Origin: Eledone cirrhosa
Taxonomy: Eukaryota
DNA length: 64,000 bases
Reading direction: 5' to 3'
NCBI GenBank assembly: GCA_964016885.1
Contig: OZ024743.1
Location: forward strand, 256,370,001 to 256,434,000
The notes below the pieces were generated by a model, which was not told where the DNA came from, did no database searches, and worked only from the letters and a program-made list of their open reading frames with translations. This document shows, piece after piece, positions 1 through 15,812 of this stretch. Every line of letters begins with the position of its first letter. The first letter of the stretch is position 1. A program made the position numbers and the translations under genes.

Positions 1-214
1 TGATATATAGAAACAAAAGTGAACATATGTGAAGAAAACTGAATTACAAAAAACAAAAACTGGGAAAAAACAGGTAACATATGAAATAAAAGAAAATTTT
101 ATTTTTCATTTTTTAAAACAAAGTAAATATGAAAACTCCCTGCTATAATTGCTGTGGTAGAAAACATAGAGAAAAATGTGTGTATGTATGTTTGAATAAG
201 TGTAATAGTCAATG

Positions 215-2345
<2,131 letters not shown>

Positions 2346-2681
2346 CTTCATACGATCATACATATGTGCATTCATACATATGCATAGGTTTGTACATTTA
2401 ATTTACTTTCTTCAATTTTAAACATAGAGTAAGTCTAACTTATTTCAAGTCATAAGAAAGTCTTTTTAACTTAAGTTCTCTCTAATTAGTTCTTCCCATT
2501 TCTCCACCCATCAACAAAAGAAAATTTATTTTATCAAAGAAGAAACATGATAATTAAATAAATAGAAAAAATAATTAAACAAACAAATAAATACATAAAC
2601 TGGTGGACCATCAATAACTAAACATTACATTCCAATGATATATATTCATATATATATATCATATATACATGTATATATATC

Positions 2682-4148
2682 ATCATTATCATCATCATCA
2701 TCAACATCGTTTAACGTCCATCTTCCACGCTAGCATGGGTTTGGACTGGAATTTTCCCACTTGAGGCAAGATTGGTTGTCTTCCTCGTATAGGACTGTCT
2801 GGCAGGTTTTCTACGGCTGGATGGCCTTCCTAACACCAACCACGTTTACAGTGTGGACTGGGAGGTTTTTACCGTGTTACTTACACGGCCACATTTCAGC
2901 GTGGACTGTGTGTTTTTTTGTCGCGACACCTACACGACCTCATTTATTTCGGACTGGATGTTGTGGTACCAACATAACTTTACATCGAAAGAGGTGGTGT
3001 GGATGGGGTCGGGGTAGTGACGGGGGTGTATTTTGTTAAGAGGTGCCTACTAACTGTAGGTTTCGCTTTGTACTTAGGCAAGCTGGGTCTTCTGTATTAC
3101 TGTGTAGTGCCAAAGATCTCGGTCCAGTGACATTGTCTTGAAGAGGTGTAAGTGTGTGAGGTCGGAATTTAGCAAGTCGTCCCAGGTTTTTCTGGGTCTG
3201 CCTACTCCGTAGCTACCGTCTATTTTTATTGCCCTGCACTTTTTTATACAGCTGTCGTCTTTCATGCGCATCACGTGACCATACCAACGTAGTCTTCTCT
3301 CGAGTAAACAACATCTGATCCCTCTTATTCCTAATTTTTCCCTTAGTTCATTTATGCTTTGCCGTTCACGTATATTACTATTACACATCCAACGGAGCAT
3401 GCAAGCTTCATTCCTCTCCAGTCTGCGTATATTCTCTGCACACAATGCCCAAGTCTCACTGTCATGTAACATTGAGGCTCGTATGCAGGCATCATACAGC
3501 TTGCCTTTCATTTTTAGAGAGAAACCTTTAGCGGCCAATAGTGGTATAGGCTCTCTGAACTGTTTCCATCCCATTCTGACTCTAGCTACTGTACTTAAGG
3601 AGCACCCTCCACCACTGCTGTGTAACGGAAGGTGTGCACTATTTCTATAGAACCATCTGTGCAATGGAATGAGCTAGTATACTGTGGGCACGTGCTGCTA
3701 CTTATTGCACCTGAGCACCGGCCACATATAACATCTATATTCTTAGTTAGCTTACCTGTGATCCCACTACATCTTTTATGCACCCATACTTTGCATTTGG
3801 CACATAAAATGGAGTTTCTGCCAACTCCTTTCCTACACACTGAGCATGGCCATTTCCGAGATGGAACCTGTGCCCTATTTTCCTTCCTACAAACTAGAAC
3901 TTCAGTCTTAGAGAGGTTAATTTTAAGGCCTTTTGATTCTAGTCCATGCTTCCATGTTTGGAATTTCTTCTCTAGTTCAGCCATTGATTCAGCTATGAGC
4001 GTTAGATCATCTGCATATAGGAGTTCCCATGAGCAGCCGGTCTTGATCTCCACTGTTATAGCCTGAAGGGCAATAATAAATAGGAGGGGGCTAAGGACGG
4101 AGACCTGATGAACACCAACTTTTACGCTAAACTCTTCACTATATTCAT
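2682..4148 (-). mobile_element. RTE-clade LINE, 5'-truncated (RT C-terminal half, Cys-rich insert, 3'UTR with (GAT)n tail)
   Basis: ORFs 3595..4299 and 3074..3664 carry VGVHQVSVLSPLLF, LLYADDL, WPCSVCRKGVGRNSILC..C..WVHKRC, RRLRWYGHVMR and GRPRKTW. A (CAT)n tail with tttaacgtcc lies at 2682-2720. Confidence 0.9.
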
Positions 4149-4176
4149 TGTTATATTTTATATATATATTGTATAG

Positions 4177-4291
<115 letters not shown>

Positions 4292-4588
4292 ATATACATG
4301 TATATATATATATATTGTATTTACATGTATATATATAAATAAATAAATATATATTTATATATATATATTTATATATTTATCGTAAATACATGTATATATA
4401 TATTATTTCTGAAGACAGCATATATATGTGTAGGTATGTATATTCCCTCTGATAGTTTGTAAAAATTTTACATAGATCTATATGATATACATACCAACAC
4501 ACACATATATATCCTAGAAACGATCGTAAAATGATGAATTTTTTAATATAAGGAACTGTTTCTTTGTTTTTATTCATTATTTTTATTA

Positions 4589-4657
<69 letters not shown>

Positions 4658-4665
4658 ATATATTC

Positions 4666-4696
<31 letters not shown>

Positions 4697-4709
4697 CCAT
4701 ATATTCATG

Positions 4710-4740
<31 letters not shown>

Positions 4741-4745
4741 TATAT

Positions 4746-5123
4746 TGTAGTGACCTACATTCCGCGGGTTCACATACATTCTCTGTGCCTGATTTGGCTC
4801 AGTTCAGCCAATCAGCGCCAGTAGAAGAGGATGTATCCCTACCCGCCCTGAGGAAGAAATTCCCCGCGAAGATTTGAAGAATCTCTCTCTTGTACCAGAA
4901 ACTTCAAACCAGCAACACGCATAATGTAACGGTGAGATTTTGCACCCTAGCCTCGCCGGCTTTTCGGCGCAATGGCACATTCCCTTTTGTAACCTCTTTT
5001 TATCTGTAACTTCAACCATATAAGTTAACAAACATTGTTTGTACTACATCAAAAATAAACATACATTTCATCTCTAATTTCTGCTGTTGAAATCATTATT
5101 ATGTTACTCGTGTCTCAATAACA
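4746..5123 (+). mobile_element. Probable solo LTR
   Basis: Starts TGTAGTG right after a TA tract, has AATAAA at ~5054 and ends AACA. A PBS-like TGGCGACC lies ~23 bp downstream. No second copy in the window. Confidence 0.4.
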
Positions 5124-5327
5124 TCTGTGATCCATGCTGCTGGAATTGGCGACCTGACGAAAGGAATATTGTAAATACAAAGATGGTAAATAGATCTTCC
5201 TCACGTCTATGTCGACAAGATAATCAAACGAGGATACTATCATTTTACCACACTGTCAACTAACGATCTTCAATCATCTACCCTGCTAAAATATATATAT
5301 ATAATTATATATATATATCATATATAC

Positions 5328-5384
<57 letters not shown>

Positions 5385-5404
5385 GTACATGTATATATAT
5401 ATAT

Positions 5405-7548
5405 CAACTCGTAAGCACGTTTTCTTAACTACAGATTATTATATACACTTGTTTATCTCTTAATATCTTCAAACAACCAATTAACCAAAAACTTTTAACA
5501 ACCTCAAACAACCAAATAGCCAAATCTCACATCCATAAAAGAGTATACATATCTATATATACGCTACTTTAATATTTAATATCCTCAAATAACCAAAGGC
5601 TCACTCACATAAGGAAAAAAGTATATACAAATACACGGGCTTTCCCTACAAACTCGCAAGCAAGTCTTCTTAACTACAAACTATTATATACACTCGTTTT
5701 CCCTTGGATATCTTCAAACAACCAAATAACCAAAAACTATTAACATCCTCAAACAACCAAACTCACATCCATAAGAGTGAATATATATATATATACACGA
5801 TTCTTTAATTTCTTCAAATAACCAAAGTCTCACTCACGTATCCAATAACAAATATTCTAAAACGCACACAAGGGTAAAGAAAAAAAAAATGACTACTGAC
5901 CAGCAAGCCCACAACGGACGAAATTGGTCTGAAAATGAAATTGACCTCTTAATAAACACATGGCTTTCTCCGTCCCAAACAATAAACATTAACGCGTCAT
6001 GTCTGAATGAAATTGCTGAAAAAACAGCTCAAACATTGACCATGAGGTCTACTAAGCAGATACACAACAAACTAAATCATGTAGACGTCTCTTTCAAACT
6101 AATTCAAAACCATTTTGAAAAACTTCGACACATTTACTCCAATGGGCAAACACAACAACAACAGCAACAACAACAACAACAGCCACAGCAACAACAACAG
6201 CCACAACAACAGCCAGAAAGCCAGGGGCAACCACTACTGAATTCAAGCATAATAGCTGAATTACTGAATGACAGTATCACTCAGCCACTCAATCAGCCAT
6301 CATTATCGCCATCACCATCACCACCGTAACCATCTTCTGCCACACCAACTGCTAATAATGGACCACTGCTCTCTCTCTCCCACCACAGTTGTCATCATCA
6401 TCATCACCACTAATGCTTTCTTCCCCCACATTACCACCACAACCATGCCATAGTCAAAAGAAATAAAAAAAACTAGAAACCCCAAAATATGCCGCTACTC
6501 ACTACGTCAGAGGCTATGCACACGTAGCGACTGTATATTTACCCATTTACCGGGTACTAGGCGCACTAACACTGCCAGCCAACACCAAAGCACGCTGCCC
6601 GCACGTATAGGTCGCAGTCCCAAAATCTGCCAACATTCCCAACGTGAGAGGCTATGTCTGCTGACTGACTGTCCCTACACTCATCTTCCTGGGACACAAT
6701 GTACGAACAGTAAAGGGGCTTCATGCCAACCCACAAACCACAATAAAGTCACCCCCTGCTGCGGTAATGCTGCTCCAGTCTCCTCACAAAGACATGATTA
6801 CAACAACAAAAACAACAAAAGTAATGCTGCTCCAGTCTTTTCACAAAGCCACGATCACAACAACAACAAATACAACAACAACAAAATAACGCTGTTCCAG
6901 TCTTTTCACAAAGACACAATTACAACAAATACAACAACAAAAGAGGGAACTGCAACCCTATCCAATGTTGTAACCACAAATCCAATCAAAAACTGCTTCC
7001 TCAACCCCCAAAATATCTTTCTTTTTTAGCCATGAACCTGGCATAAGAGATAGAGAAAACATTTTAGCCACCACCCAACACCATCCTTGCTGTCACTAAC
7101 ACACACTCACAAAACAAGCCCTCTGCAACAGTCAAAACCAGCCACCACACTAGCCTCCACATTCTTACTCAATACACAAGGTATCAGCCCATCCATCAAT
7201 GCACAGAAAAGGAATATCCAATTCATTGAGGATTGGGTTGGTAACCATCCATTTCACATCCCCTTCTTCATTCTTACTGAGATCCACCTTGACAACTCCC
7301 CCTTGGAGGCCGGAGTAAGAGTGAGAAATTTCACAACCATCCATGCGGATCGTGTTGGCAGATTCCTGCATGATTCTTTTACGGCAGATGGCAACACAAC
7401 ATTCTCTAATGGATACTGTGAATCAGTCACTGTGCACAATAAAACCAATGACCTGACATTAGTTGGGCTCTATAGGCCACCACAAACACCCATAATCTGC
7501 TTCAAAGAATGCCTCAACAGTATTAAATGCTTTATTAAACAGTATTAA
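5405..7548 (+). mobile_element. LINE 5' half: tandemly repeated 5'UTR, ORF1 (Myb/SANT-like start, polyQ, two CCCH fingers) and start of AP endonuclease; degenerate, 3'-truncated
   Basis: ~245-bp repeats at 5405 and 5650. ORF 5889 NWSENEIDLLINTW plus polyQ. 6482-6700 encode ICRYYSLRQRLCTRSDCIFTHLPG and ICQHSQRERLCLLTDCPYTHLPG. ORF 7087 has LLNTQG, ILTEIHL, ADR and GLYRPP (APE motifs). Confidence 0.75.
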
Positions 7549-7770
7549 ACGTGTATTGTCTTTAATCATTTCTATAACTACATCCTGTTCAATGTTTTCC
7601 TTCATTATCAGCATAGTTTTATGTGTACAAAGATTGCACTAAATATTCGTTTGCATTATTTATTGAAGACATGCTTATTTTGACAGGTTGGGGACAAATA
7701 ATTTTCTTCTTTTACTTCGTAGCTGTATATTCTTAGCATAATTTCAAACCCCGGGCAACGCAGGTCATAT

Positions 7771-7851
<81 letters not shown>

Positions 7852-7853
7852 TA

Positions 7854-10800
7854 TCAAAATGAAAATCCGAAGGCAAGGTAATATTCCAATCATTTAATCA
7901 CGACACATGTTTCAATAAGAGATAGATGGATTGTGAAGCCATGATCGATTATCACTGATCTCATAGGATGAAAATGAATTGTCTTCAAATTCTTGATATG
8001 AGGGAGAAAAAATAACGATGTTCTCTCACAGAATTCGTTCCCTCATATGGAGACACACCAGTCAGTCAGAGACACGGCGACTGCTATTAGCTTTAGTTGA
8101 GGTCATAAAAGTTTTAAGATTTCTATCGCTGCAAAAGACGCTGGACATCAATCAAATCTGTAGGGACACAGTCAGTCACAGTTAAAAGTGAGTGGGTACA
8201 CACACACTCCACACCCACAAAACATCGGCTCGAGGTCAAAGAAAAATATATACCTATATATACACACATCAACACAGTATTAAATACGTAGAATTGGCGT
8301 GGGTGGGTACACACACATTTTCACACACACCGAAGCGATGTCCGAGAAAAAAACAAATATAATAAAACAAATTTAAGAATGTACCAACACAGCACTCACC
8401 GAAAGTTAGTTCACAAAGTAACAGAAGCTATGTCGGTCAAATCTCAATTTGACGATGTAAATTGGAAATATTGGGTAAATGCGTCCGCAAGTGCGATTTC
8501 CCGTCATATGGGCCTATGAGCTTTAAGATAGTTGTTTGAGTGGTGGAGGTGTGTTATCCAACACAGAAGGTGAAGTAAAAAATCACAGGACAGTAAAATC
8601 CAAAGGATGTGTGTAGGCCCATTAATGGTGTGTCAGTATTATTGTTCAATCCGTAACAGTGAGTCCTCCATGGTTAGATGATCACGCATCAAAACCTGGT
8701 GTAGTGTTCAGTCGGTAGGAACGTGACAGTCGTAATTGTGGGAGCTCAATGTCTAAAGGAAACGGGTACTGTGTGTAGAGCTATGTATAGAGAGCGTAAT
8801 CGGTCCTAACTAAATGTGTAATCAATCTAACTATTTACTAGCTAGGTATTCTAAAAGAGAGGACTCAGCTGTGAGAACTCCGTGGAAACAGGTCGAGTAT
8901 CGTTTGCAGGTACGCAAACAATCTTAGCCGTCTAACTACCTATGTGTGTGACTGTCCGTTTATTGAGAGAACTCTATGGCTAAAGTAGAGAAGGAGGAGT
9001 TATTAGTAGGTTACCTTCCAAAAATCCTGCGGAAGGTTTTCGAGGTTCTATGTTGACAGTTGCTGAAAAATATCTGCTCTCCTATTAATTAATAGGGGAC
9101 TGCCTCTAATAATATTAAAAGTTTCAGCTATACATAAATAGCAGACACCAGTGCTGCCGTTATAAGGTTGGGCTGAGCAAACTATGGACCAGGATAAGGA
9201 GTTTCTATATTCTGATGTTTAAGCTTCCAGACTAATTCCGAAAGTGCCGTGCTATTTTTTTTATCTAATCTATTAAAGGTATGGCGGTGATTATACCATC
9301 TATCCTTAAATTCCGTGGCAGTTTCCCCAACATAACTAAAGGTTCTATCAGGAGTGGAGACCTTACAGTGGTAGACTATGTTTTTGGTAAGGCATTTCCC
9401 AGTCATAGGGCAGGTGGCGGTGTTTCTGCAGTTACGTTTTTTGCTTTCGATCTGGGTAGTTCCAGATGGACCACGGTACCTTTGGAGTCGGGTCTCAGCT
9501 CTAGTTTGCTCTATGGGTAAATTATCTGGGGTTGGGGAGATCCGACTCGCCTCACGTGTATGAGTCAGTTTCTCAATAGAGCTGCCATTGTTCCAGCCAT
9601 GCCTAATTCCCTCATTGGCTGTCCTAAGTCTACTATAATTCATCTTAGCTATATTCTGAGCCATGTTACTAGTTGTGGAGTAGGACAGCTTGATGGTACT
9701 TCTATTGAATATTTTATAATATCTGTGCGATCTAAGGAAGCATTTGTCTAAGGCCCTAAAGAAAAGCTTAGCTATACTAATGGTCAGGCCAGTGGAGTAA
9801 GGGGGATTATACCACAGGACTTTTCTGGTCCGATGCCTCTTGTTCCTACTAACTATATTAGAATTACCTGTCTCCCTAGTAGTTACTGGTCTATTGTAAC
9901 TAGAAATTGCCTGTGGGTCGATGGTGTCCCGGGGTGTCACGATTGTGTTCGGAATCGTCCCAAGTCTCCAGGGCGGTGTACCCCCCGTGCGGCCATTGGG
10001 GTTACCCCCGATAGCCAGGGTTGTATCCACTATGCGTCTGCTACACCTGTCCCTATTTCCCTTACTCGACCCTCGTTCCATATTGCGTTCAACGGTAGTT
10101 ATATCGGTTCCACAATTAAGGTTACCATTAGAGTTTCCGCTGGCGTTATGTTGCTCAGACCCAGTGTTAGTACCTGGGTGGCTGTTTCTATTAGTACCAA
10201 CAGCATTGGGACTAGGCGACAGTACAACATGAAGACTATATGAATCTCCCCTCGTATCCCGCCTACTGTTAACAAGAGTGTCACTATTTAGGCCTAAACT
10301 ATCGCGGGCAATGTTACTTCTACTATTTAATGGACGTTTGAATGAGATTCTCTCGCTATGCCCTGCGCGTTCCAGGGCGCTATTATAGTAATTCGAGATC
10401 TTATTAAAGGTATCTTCATTGGAAGATAGTCCTGAACTTCTACTAGAGACGCTTTTGGTAATACTGTTAGTGACTAATCTAGGGTGGTTCGATTTTGCGT
10501 TGACATAGTTTAGATTCTCGTTGGGTTTGTGGTAAGGTTGGAAGAGTCTGAATTGAGGTTAAGTGTAACATCTAGAAAGTTAACTATCTTTAAATTCTCT
10601 TCAAATACAATACTTAGGTCTATGCTCTTGAAGAATTTGCTAAGTGTTTTCCTCACCCTCTCTACCATATTATTATTATGGAACGACACAGTAAACAAGA
10701 CGTCGTCACGGTAAGCGCCGCCTCCCAGGTGGGGCATTTCCGCTCCGAGACAGTCAAGGAGGTAAAGGCCCACCAGATCCGTCACCTGGGCCGAGTCCGT

Positions 10801-11612
10801 GGATCACATGATGATGTCGAAATTGTCTGGCCAATCCTTCCTAGTCCACAGGTCACCGTTGAATTCAATTAAGGTTTTCCTAGCTAGGAGAATAATGCTA
10901 ATTTCTTTGGATGTAATGTCGGTGTGTAAGCTAGCAAAGTTAGGGCCCTAGCTAGAAGAGTTGGAGAGATTGAAGAGTAGTAATTAGAGATATTGAACTG
11001 TATAAACTTAGTGCTATTCTTATTCTGCGATTTCTCAAACCAGTTAATTACCTCACTAGTTCCTGACCACAACTTGAGCTTCGATCTCCTAACTAGAGTG
11101 GGGAATATTTTATCAAGGATGCTTTTACTTACGATTCCTATGTCCGACTTCGAAGGGGCTATCAGCCTGACAGGTCTTAATGATTAAAATTTCAATTTGT
11201 GGTCCTTCAGCAAAATCCTCGGGGTTCTAGGATGGAAGGGTTCGGTTTTATCCTCAATACCCAGTTTAATCATGACGCTATTGGCCTCCGTGTTAATTAA
11301 ATCCAGGTTTTTTTTTCTCCTTCATATCAAGAATTTGAAGACAATTGATTTTCACCTGATGAGATCAGTGATAATCGATCATGGCTTCACAATCGATCTC
11401 TCTCTTATTGAAACATGTGTCGTGATTAAATGACTGGAATTTTACCTTGCCTTCGGATTTTCATTTTGATACTTATACTCCGTTTTGCGTCATCTAGCTG
11501 TTCCCTCGAATGGAATTGGAGATATACAAAAGCATGGAGAAGTTAATATTGCTAACATAAAGTTATTGGACCATTTTACACAACCAATAATGCACCTTAC
11601 TATATAACAACT
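7854..11612 (-). mobile_element. Penelope-like element A (Hydra-clade-like), 5'-truncated with an inverted pseudo-LTR
   Basis: Broken ORF: IQFNISNYYSSI (RT motif A), AYRDD, NFLDVTLNL, WYNPPYS..KIFNRSTIKLSYS, NCRNTATCPMTGKC, GIY-YIG-type IVY...YVGET..FKDRWYNH. 7854-8013 is an inverted copy of 11309-11471. Both ends abut (TA)n. Confidence 0.88.
11352..11425 (+). ncRNA. Type-I hammerhead motif in PLE A pseudo-LTR (mutated copy at ~7888-7970, minus strand)
   Basis: tcac-CTGATGA-long stem II-GAAAC-ATGT-GTC|gtga; stem I tcac/gtga; palindromic stem III loop. Confidence 0.65.
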
Positions 11613-11647
11613 ATATATATATATATCATATATATATCATATACACT

Positions 11648-11726
<79 letters not shown>

Positions 11727-11732
<6 letters not shown>

Positions 11733-11940
11733 GTGAGGTTTTTTTTACTAAATGAAAAATAACCGAGGTGTCCTACACGAGTGGAAGTATAAAGAAAAAG
11801 AGATGAAATCGAAAATGCAACTGAAGTCTTATTTTTTAAAAAAATATATATATTTATTTGGTTCCTTTACCGGTTTCGCAGTTCTTCTGCTTTTCAAAAG
11901 GTGAGTTGAGATTGAGGGTCTGTGGTTTTTCTCACAATAT
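11727..11940 (-). mobile_element. Short PLE-type 3'-end insert; second copy at 42514-42689
   Basis: Near-identical ~175-bp sequence at both loci, each starting at a TA tract; carries an HHR. Confidence 0.7.
11864..11901 (-). ncRNA. Minimal hammerhead with U3-A8 core
   Basis: Minus strand: cctt-TTGAAAA-gcag aagaa ctgc-GAAAC-CG-GTA|aagg. All three stems pair. Confidence 0.75.
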
Positions 11941-11956
11941 ATGATATATGTATATC

Positions 11957-12520
11957 AACATCATCATCATCATCATTTTACGTCCGCTTTTCCCTGCTTG
12001 CAAGGGTGGGACGGGTCTTATTCAGCCCAGCATCTCTCCACTTGTCACGGTCCTTCGTCATCCCCACCGTGAGCTTCAGCGATCTGAGGTCTGTTCTCAC
12101 CACCTCCGCCTATGTTTTTCGTGGTCTACCTCTACCACGTCTTCCTTCAACTGGCATTTCCTGGCAGTTCTACACCTATCGGTCACCCTCCATGCGCATC
12201 ACATGTCCATACTACCGCAGTCTCCTCTCTCGCACACTACATTCTATCACTCTCAGAGATAGTTTCTCTCTCAACATATTTATGCTGGGACGTTCACGCA
12301 CATTGACATTGCACATCCAACGGAGCATGCTTGCCTCATTTCTCTCCATCCGTCGCATATCCTCTGCAGTTGCTGCCAAAGTCTCACTACGATGCAGCAT
12401 CGCGCTCCTCACACAAGCATCATATAACCGGCCTTTCGTACGCAGGGAGAACCCTTCTTCGTCAGCAGAGGAAGCAGCTCCCTAGACTTCTTCCAACCCG
12501 TCCTTATTCTAGATACTATG
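11957..12520 (-). mobile_element. RTE LINE 3' fragment
   Basis: MRRMERNEASMLRWMCNV...ERRLR (ORF 12212..12412); (CAT)n-ttttacgtcc tail. Confidence 0.85.
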
Positions 12521-12607
12521 GCCTCGGAATATATATATATATGATATATATATACAGATTTATATATATACATATATATATAGATTTATATATATACATA
12601 TATATAT

Positions 12608-12803
12608 AACGAAGGAAATGTGGTAAGGAACCAGGTGAACCATAACGCACCAAAGTACTCAATACTTAGGGTAGTAGAGTGGGTAATAGGAACAAGTAAG
12701 ACCCCGAAGCTGAGCTCATGCCGTTTCGACGGCTAATTCTGAGTCCAGAATTAGCCGCGTCGAAACGGCTTGAGCTCAGCCGTCGGGTCTTACTTGTTCC
12801 TAT

Positions 12804-12806
<3 letters not shown>
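12608..12806. mobile_element. Fold-back insert containing the 3' half of a hammerhead; second copy at 44067-44255
   Basis: Palindrome centred on aattctg..cagaatt. Each arm contains GAAAC-ggct tgagctc agcc-GTC|ggg. Both copies are flanked by (TA)n. Confidence 0.7.
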
Positions 12807-12873
<67 letters not shown>

Positions 12874-12877
<4 letters not shown>

Positions 12878-13125
12878 ATTAAAATAACAGATTAAAGTTT
12901 AAGCAAAGAATCGCTGCTTTCACCCTTAACGGGATCTTCTGAAACTCCCGTTAAGGGTGAAAGAGTTTCAGAAGATCCCGTTAAGGGTGAAAGCACCGAT
13001 TCTTTGCTTAAACTTTAATCTGTTATTTTAATAAATATTTGCTCTACGGTCCTTATATATTTGATATATATTTATCCTTATCGAGCCCTCTTTGGATTTT
13101 AGTCTTCAATTTTATTATTATTACT

Positions 13126-13128
<3 letters not shown>
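12874..13128 (+). mobile_element. 3' end of PLE C family with inverted 5' duplicate
   Basis: 12874-12947 is the reverse complement of 12963-13037. The same sequence occurs at 26403-26815, 29013-29320 and ~34430-34715. Confidence 0.8.
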
Positions 13129-13163
<35 letters not shown>

Positions 13164-15329
13164 GCTTTGGGAAGGTCATGTTGCCAATAAGAAACACAAG
13201 CACCAGTTGCTCTCACTTCAATTTATTATAAATTAAATTTATAAATTTAGGAATTTATAAATTTCCGGTTGGTTGGTTGGTTCCACAACCAGATTGTTCA
13301 TATATTGTCAAATTTCTTTCGTCACACATTCTGTGACCTCTTCAGTGACTGGGGATTCTTTTCTTTGTTTTTGTGTGTCTCTCCTTTGTTCTCTCCTACG
13401 CCACCTTGTTTTTGTGTGTGTTGTGTGCTTAGTTTGCGCATGTGTTACATCCGGGTGTCTGTGTGTGTTTATATTTGTTTATTTATTTGTTTATTTACAT
13501 GTTACTGGTTGGTTGTTTGTTCTCTGTGTGTGTGTGGTTTCATTTTGGACTTAATTGTAAGTTGTGATGTTGCTATTCCATTCATGTTTTCTATTTAATT
13601 TTTGTTGGAGTTCATTTATGTTTATTGCCCCTGTGATTTGTCTAAACATTACGTCTTTTCTGTGTGTAGACCACGGGGGACCACGATGAGCTGGAGACGG
13701 TGATTGCACATGCGGTGGCGGCCAGTGTAGGATTAACCCTTAGGGAACATATGTTCAAATTTAATGGAAAAACATATGCCCAAGAGGAGGGAGCAGCCAT
13801 TGGTGTTAGCATTGCAGGTGACATAGCTAAACTATTCATGGTATGGTGGGACAATAGACTTAAACTTAAACTTAAAGAACAATTAGAAGACAGCAACCTC
13901 TTAACCCTGATAATCTACTCCCACTAGAGAACAGTCAGGAATTAGAGAAAAACACCATGGAAAGCATCCATCAAATAGGTAATTCCATCCACCAGCGTAT
14001 TAGAGTTACTATAGACTACCCATGCAAACAGCCCAAACATCGATTACCTGTAATAGACACAGAGCTCTGGTTAGAAACCATTAATAACAAAAACAAATCC
14101 TCCATTCCCATTATGCCAAACCCATGACTTCCAAATATCTGATCCACCGAAACTCAGCTGTTTCGGACCACACCAAAATCAACATACTGATTGCGGATTT
14201 GTTACGGGTGATGAGAAACGTGTCCCGCATGTGCAACCCCAAAGAACTAGAGAGACACATACAACACTTCATCCACCGTATGCAGTTCTCTCGTTACAAT
14301 CAGAGAGATAAAATCAGAGTATATAGAGGAGCAAGAACCAAATGGGGAAAAATGGTAAATAATGATACAAATGGGACCTGCCTCTTGTATAGGAGCAACT
14401 TTTGGAATAGAATAGAAAGAACTAGGAATAAGGTTAATAGTATAAACTTATGGTATGATAGCAATAAATACCAGAGTGTAATGTTCATCAATACAACCCC
14501 TAGAGATGAATTAGCTTACAAATTTAGAAGGACCCTACATAAACATAAACCCAATATTAAGATAGTAGAAAGACCAGGTACCTCCATAAATACACTTATT
14601 AGCAATACATACCCTTTTCAAAGACCTCCCTATATAGATGAGAAATGTATAATCTGTAAAATAAGCCCCCATATTAAGTGCAAAACTAGAAATGTAGTAT
14701 ATAACATGAGATGTACTGAAGGACAATGTGGAGATAAGAATATAGTGTACATAGGTGAGACAGCTCGTAGTATAGGAGAACGGATAAATGACCACTGGCG
14801 AGAGCCTCAAGATAGTAAAGAATCATCTGTACTCCACCAACATGCTAATATAGAACATAAGGGTAAATTAGAGAACATAGAAATAAAAATAGAATCTACA
14901 CACAGAAAAGACGCAATGTTTAGACAAATCACAGAGGCAATAAAACATAAATGAACTCCAACCAAAATTAAATAGAAAACATGAATGGAATAGCAACATC
15001 ACAACTTACAATTAAGGACAAAATGAAAACACACACACACATAGAACAAACAACCAACCAGTAACATGTAAATAAACGAATAAATAATCAAATATGAATG
15101 GAATAGCAACATCACAACTTACAATTAAGGACAAAATGAAAACACACAAACATATAGAACAAAAAACCAATCAGTAACATGTAAATAAACAAATAAATAA
15201 ACAAATATGAACACACACAGACACGCGGATGTAACACATGCGCAAACTAAGCACACAACACACACAAAAACAAGATCGCGTAGGACTGAACAAAGGAGAG
15301 GCACACAGAAACAAAGAAAAGAATCCCCA

Positions 15330-15372
15330 GTCACTGAAGAGGTCACAGAATGTGTGACGAAAGAACTTTGAC
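15330..15372 (+). ncRNA. Minimal hammerhead in PLE D pseudo-LTR (inverted copy ~13307-13349, minus strand)
   Basis: gtca-CTGAAGA-g gtcaca gaatg tgtgac-GAAAG-AA-CTT|tgac. Confidence 0.65.
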
Positions 15373-15735
15373 AATATATGAACAATCGTCTGGTTGTGGA
15401 ACCAACCAACCAACCGGAAATTTATAAATTCTTAAATGTATAAATTTAATTTATAATAAATGGAATAGAATGAAACGAAATTTCATTTCTCACTCTTAGT
15501 ACGGCACTTACTTAAATGTAAGTATGTATGTATACGTACATACATATATGTATACAGACGTACAGTAGCATGTATATATATACATACAGGCACACATATA
15601 TATATGCACGTATCAGTTTACCGAACATTTATTATAATGCTCGGTTTGTTCGTTTGTAAACAAACAAACAGCCTGAATTACGCCGTACAGTGTTTAGGCA
15701 ACCACGTCACCTTTTTGTTCAACACTGACACAGGA

Positions 15736-15778
15736 ACGATGTACTAGTTTCAAGCTTATTAGCTATCGTCAGCACCGT
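15736..15778 (-). ncRNA. Minimal type-I hammerhead, family E
   Basis: acggtg-CTGACGA-t agct aata agct t-GAAAC-TA-GTA|catcgt; canonical core and palindromic ACTAGT stem III. Confidence 0.85.
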
Positions 15779-15812
15779 ATACCTTTCTGCCAGATGGTTG
15801 AACGTCCGAAAG

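Noticed and set aside
5147-5235. CTGACGA after the putative solo LTR (and CTGAAGG at ~1582) as hammerhead cores
   Set aside because: I could not build a matching GAAA, stem III and NUH with a pairing stem I.
13700-14954. Naiad-type or selenoprotein PLE
   Set aside because: The GIY-YIG domain is C-terminal here, and I saw no in-frame TGA at conserved Cys positions.
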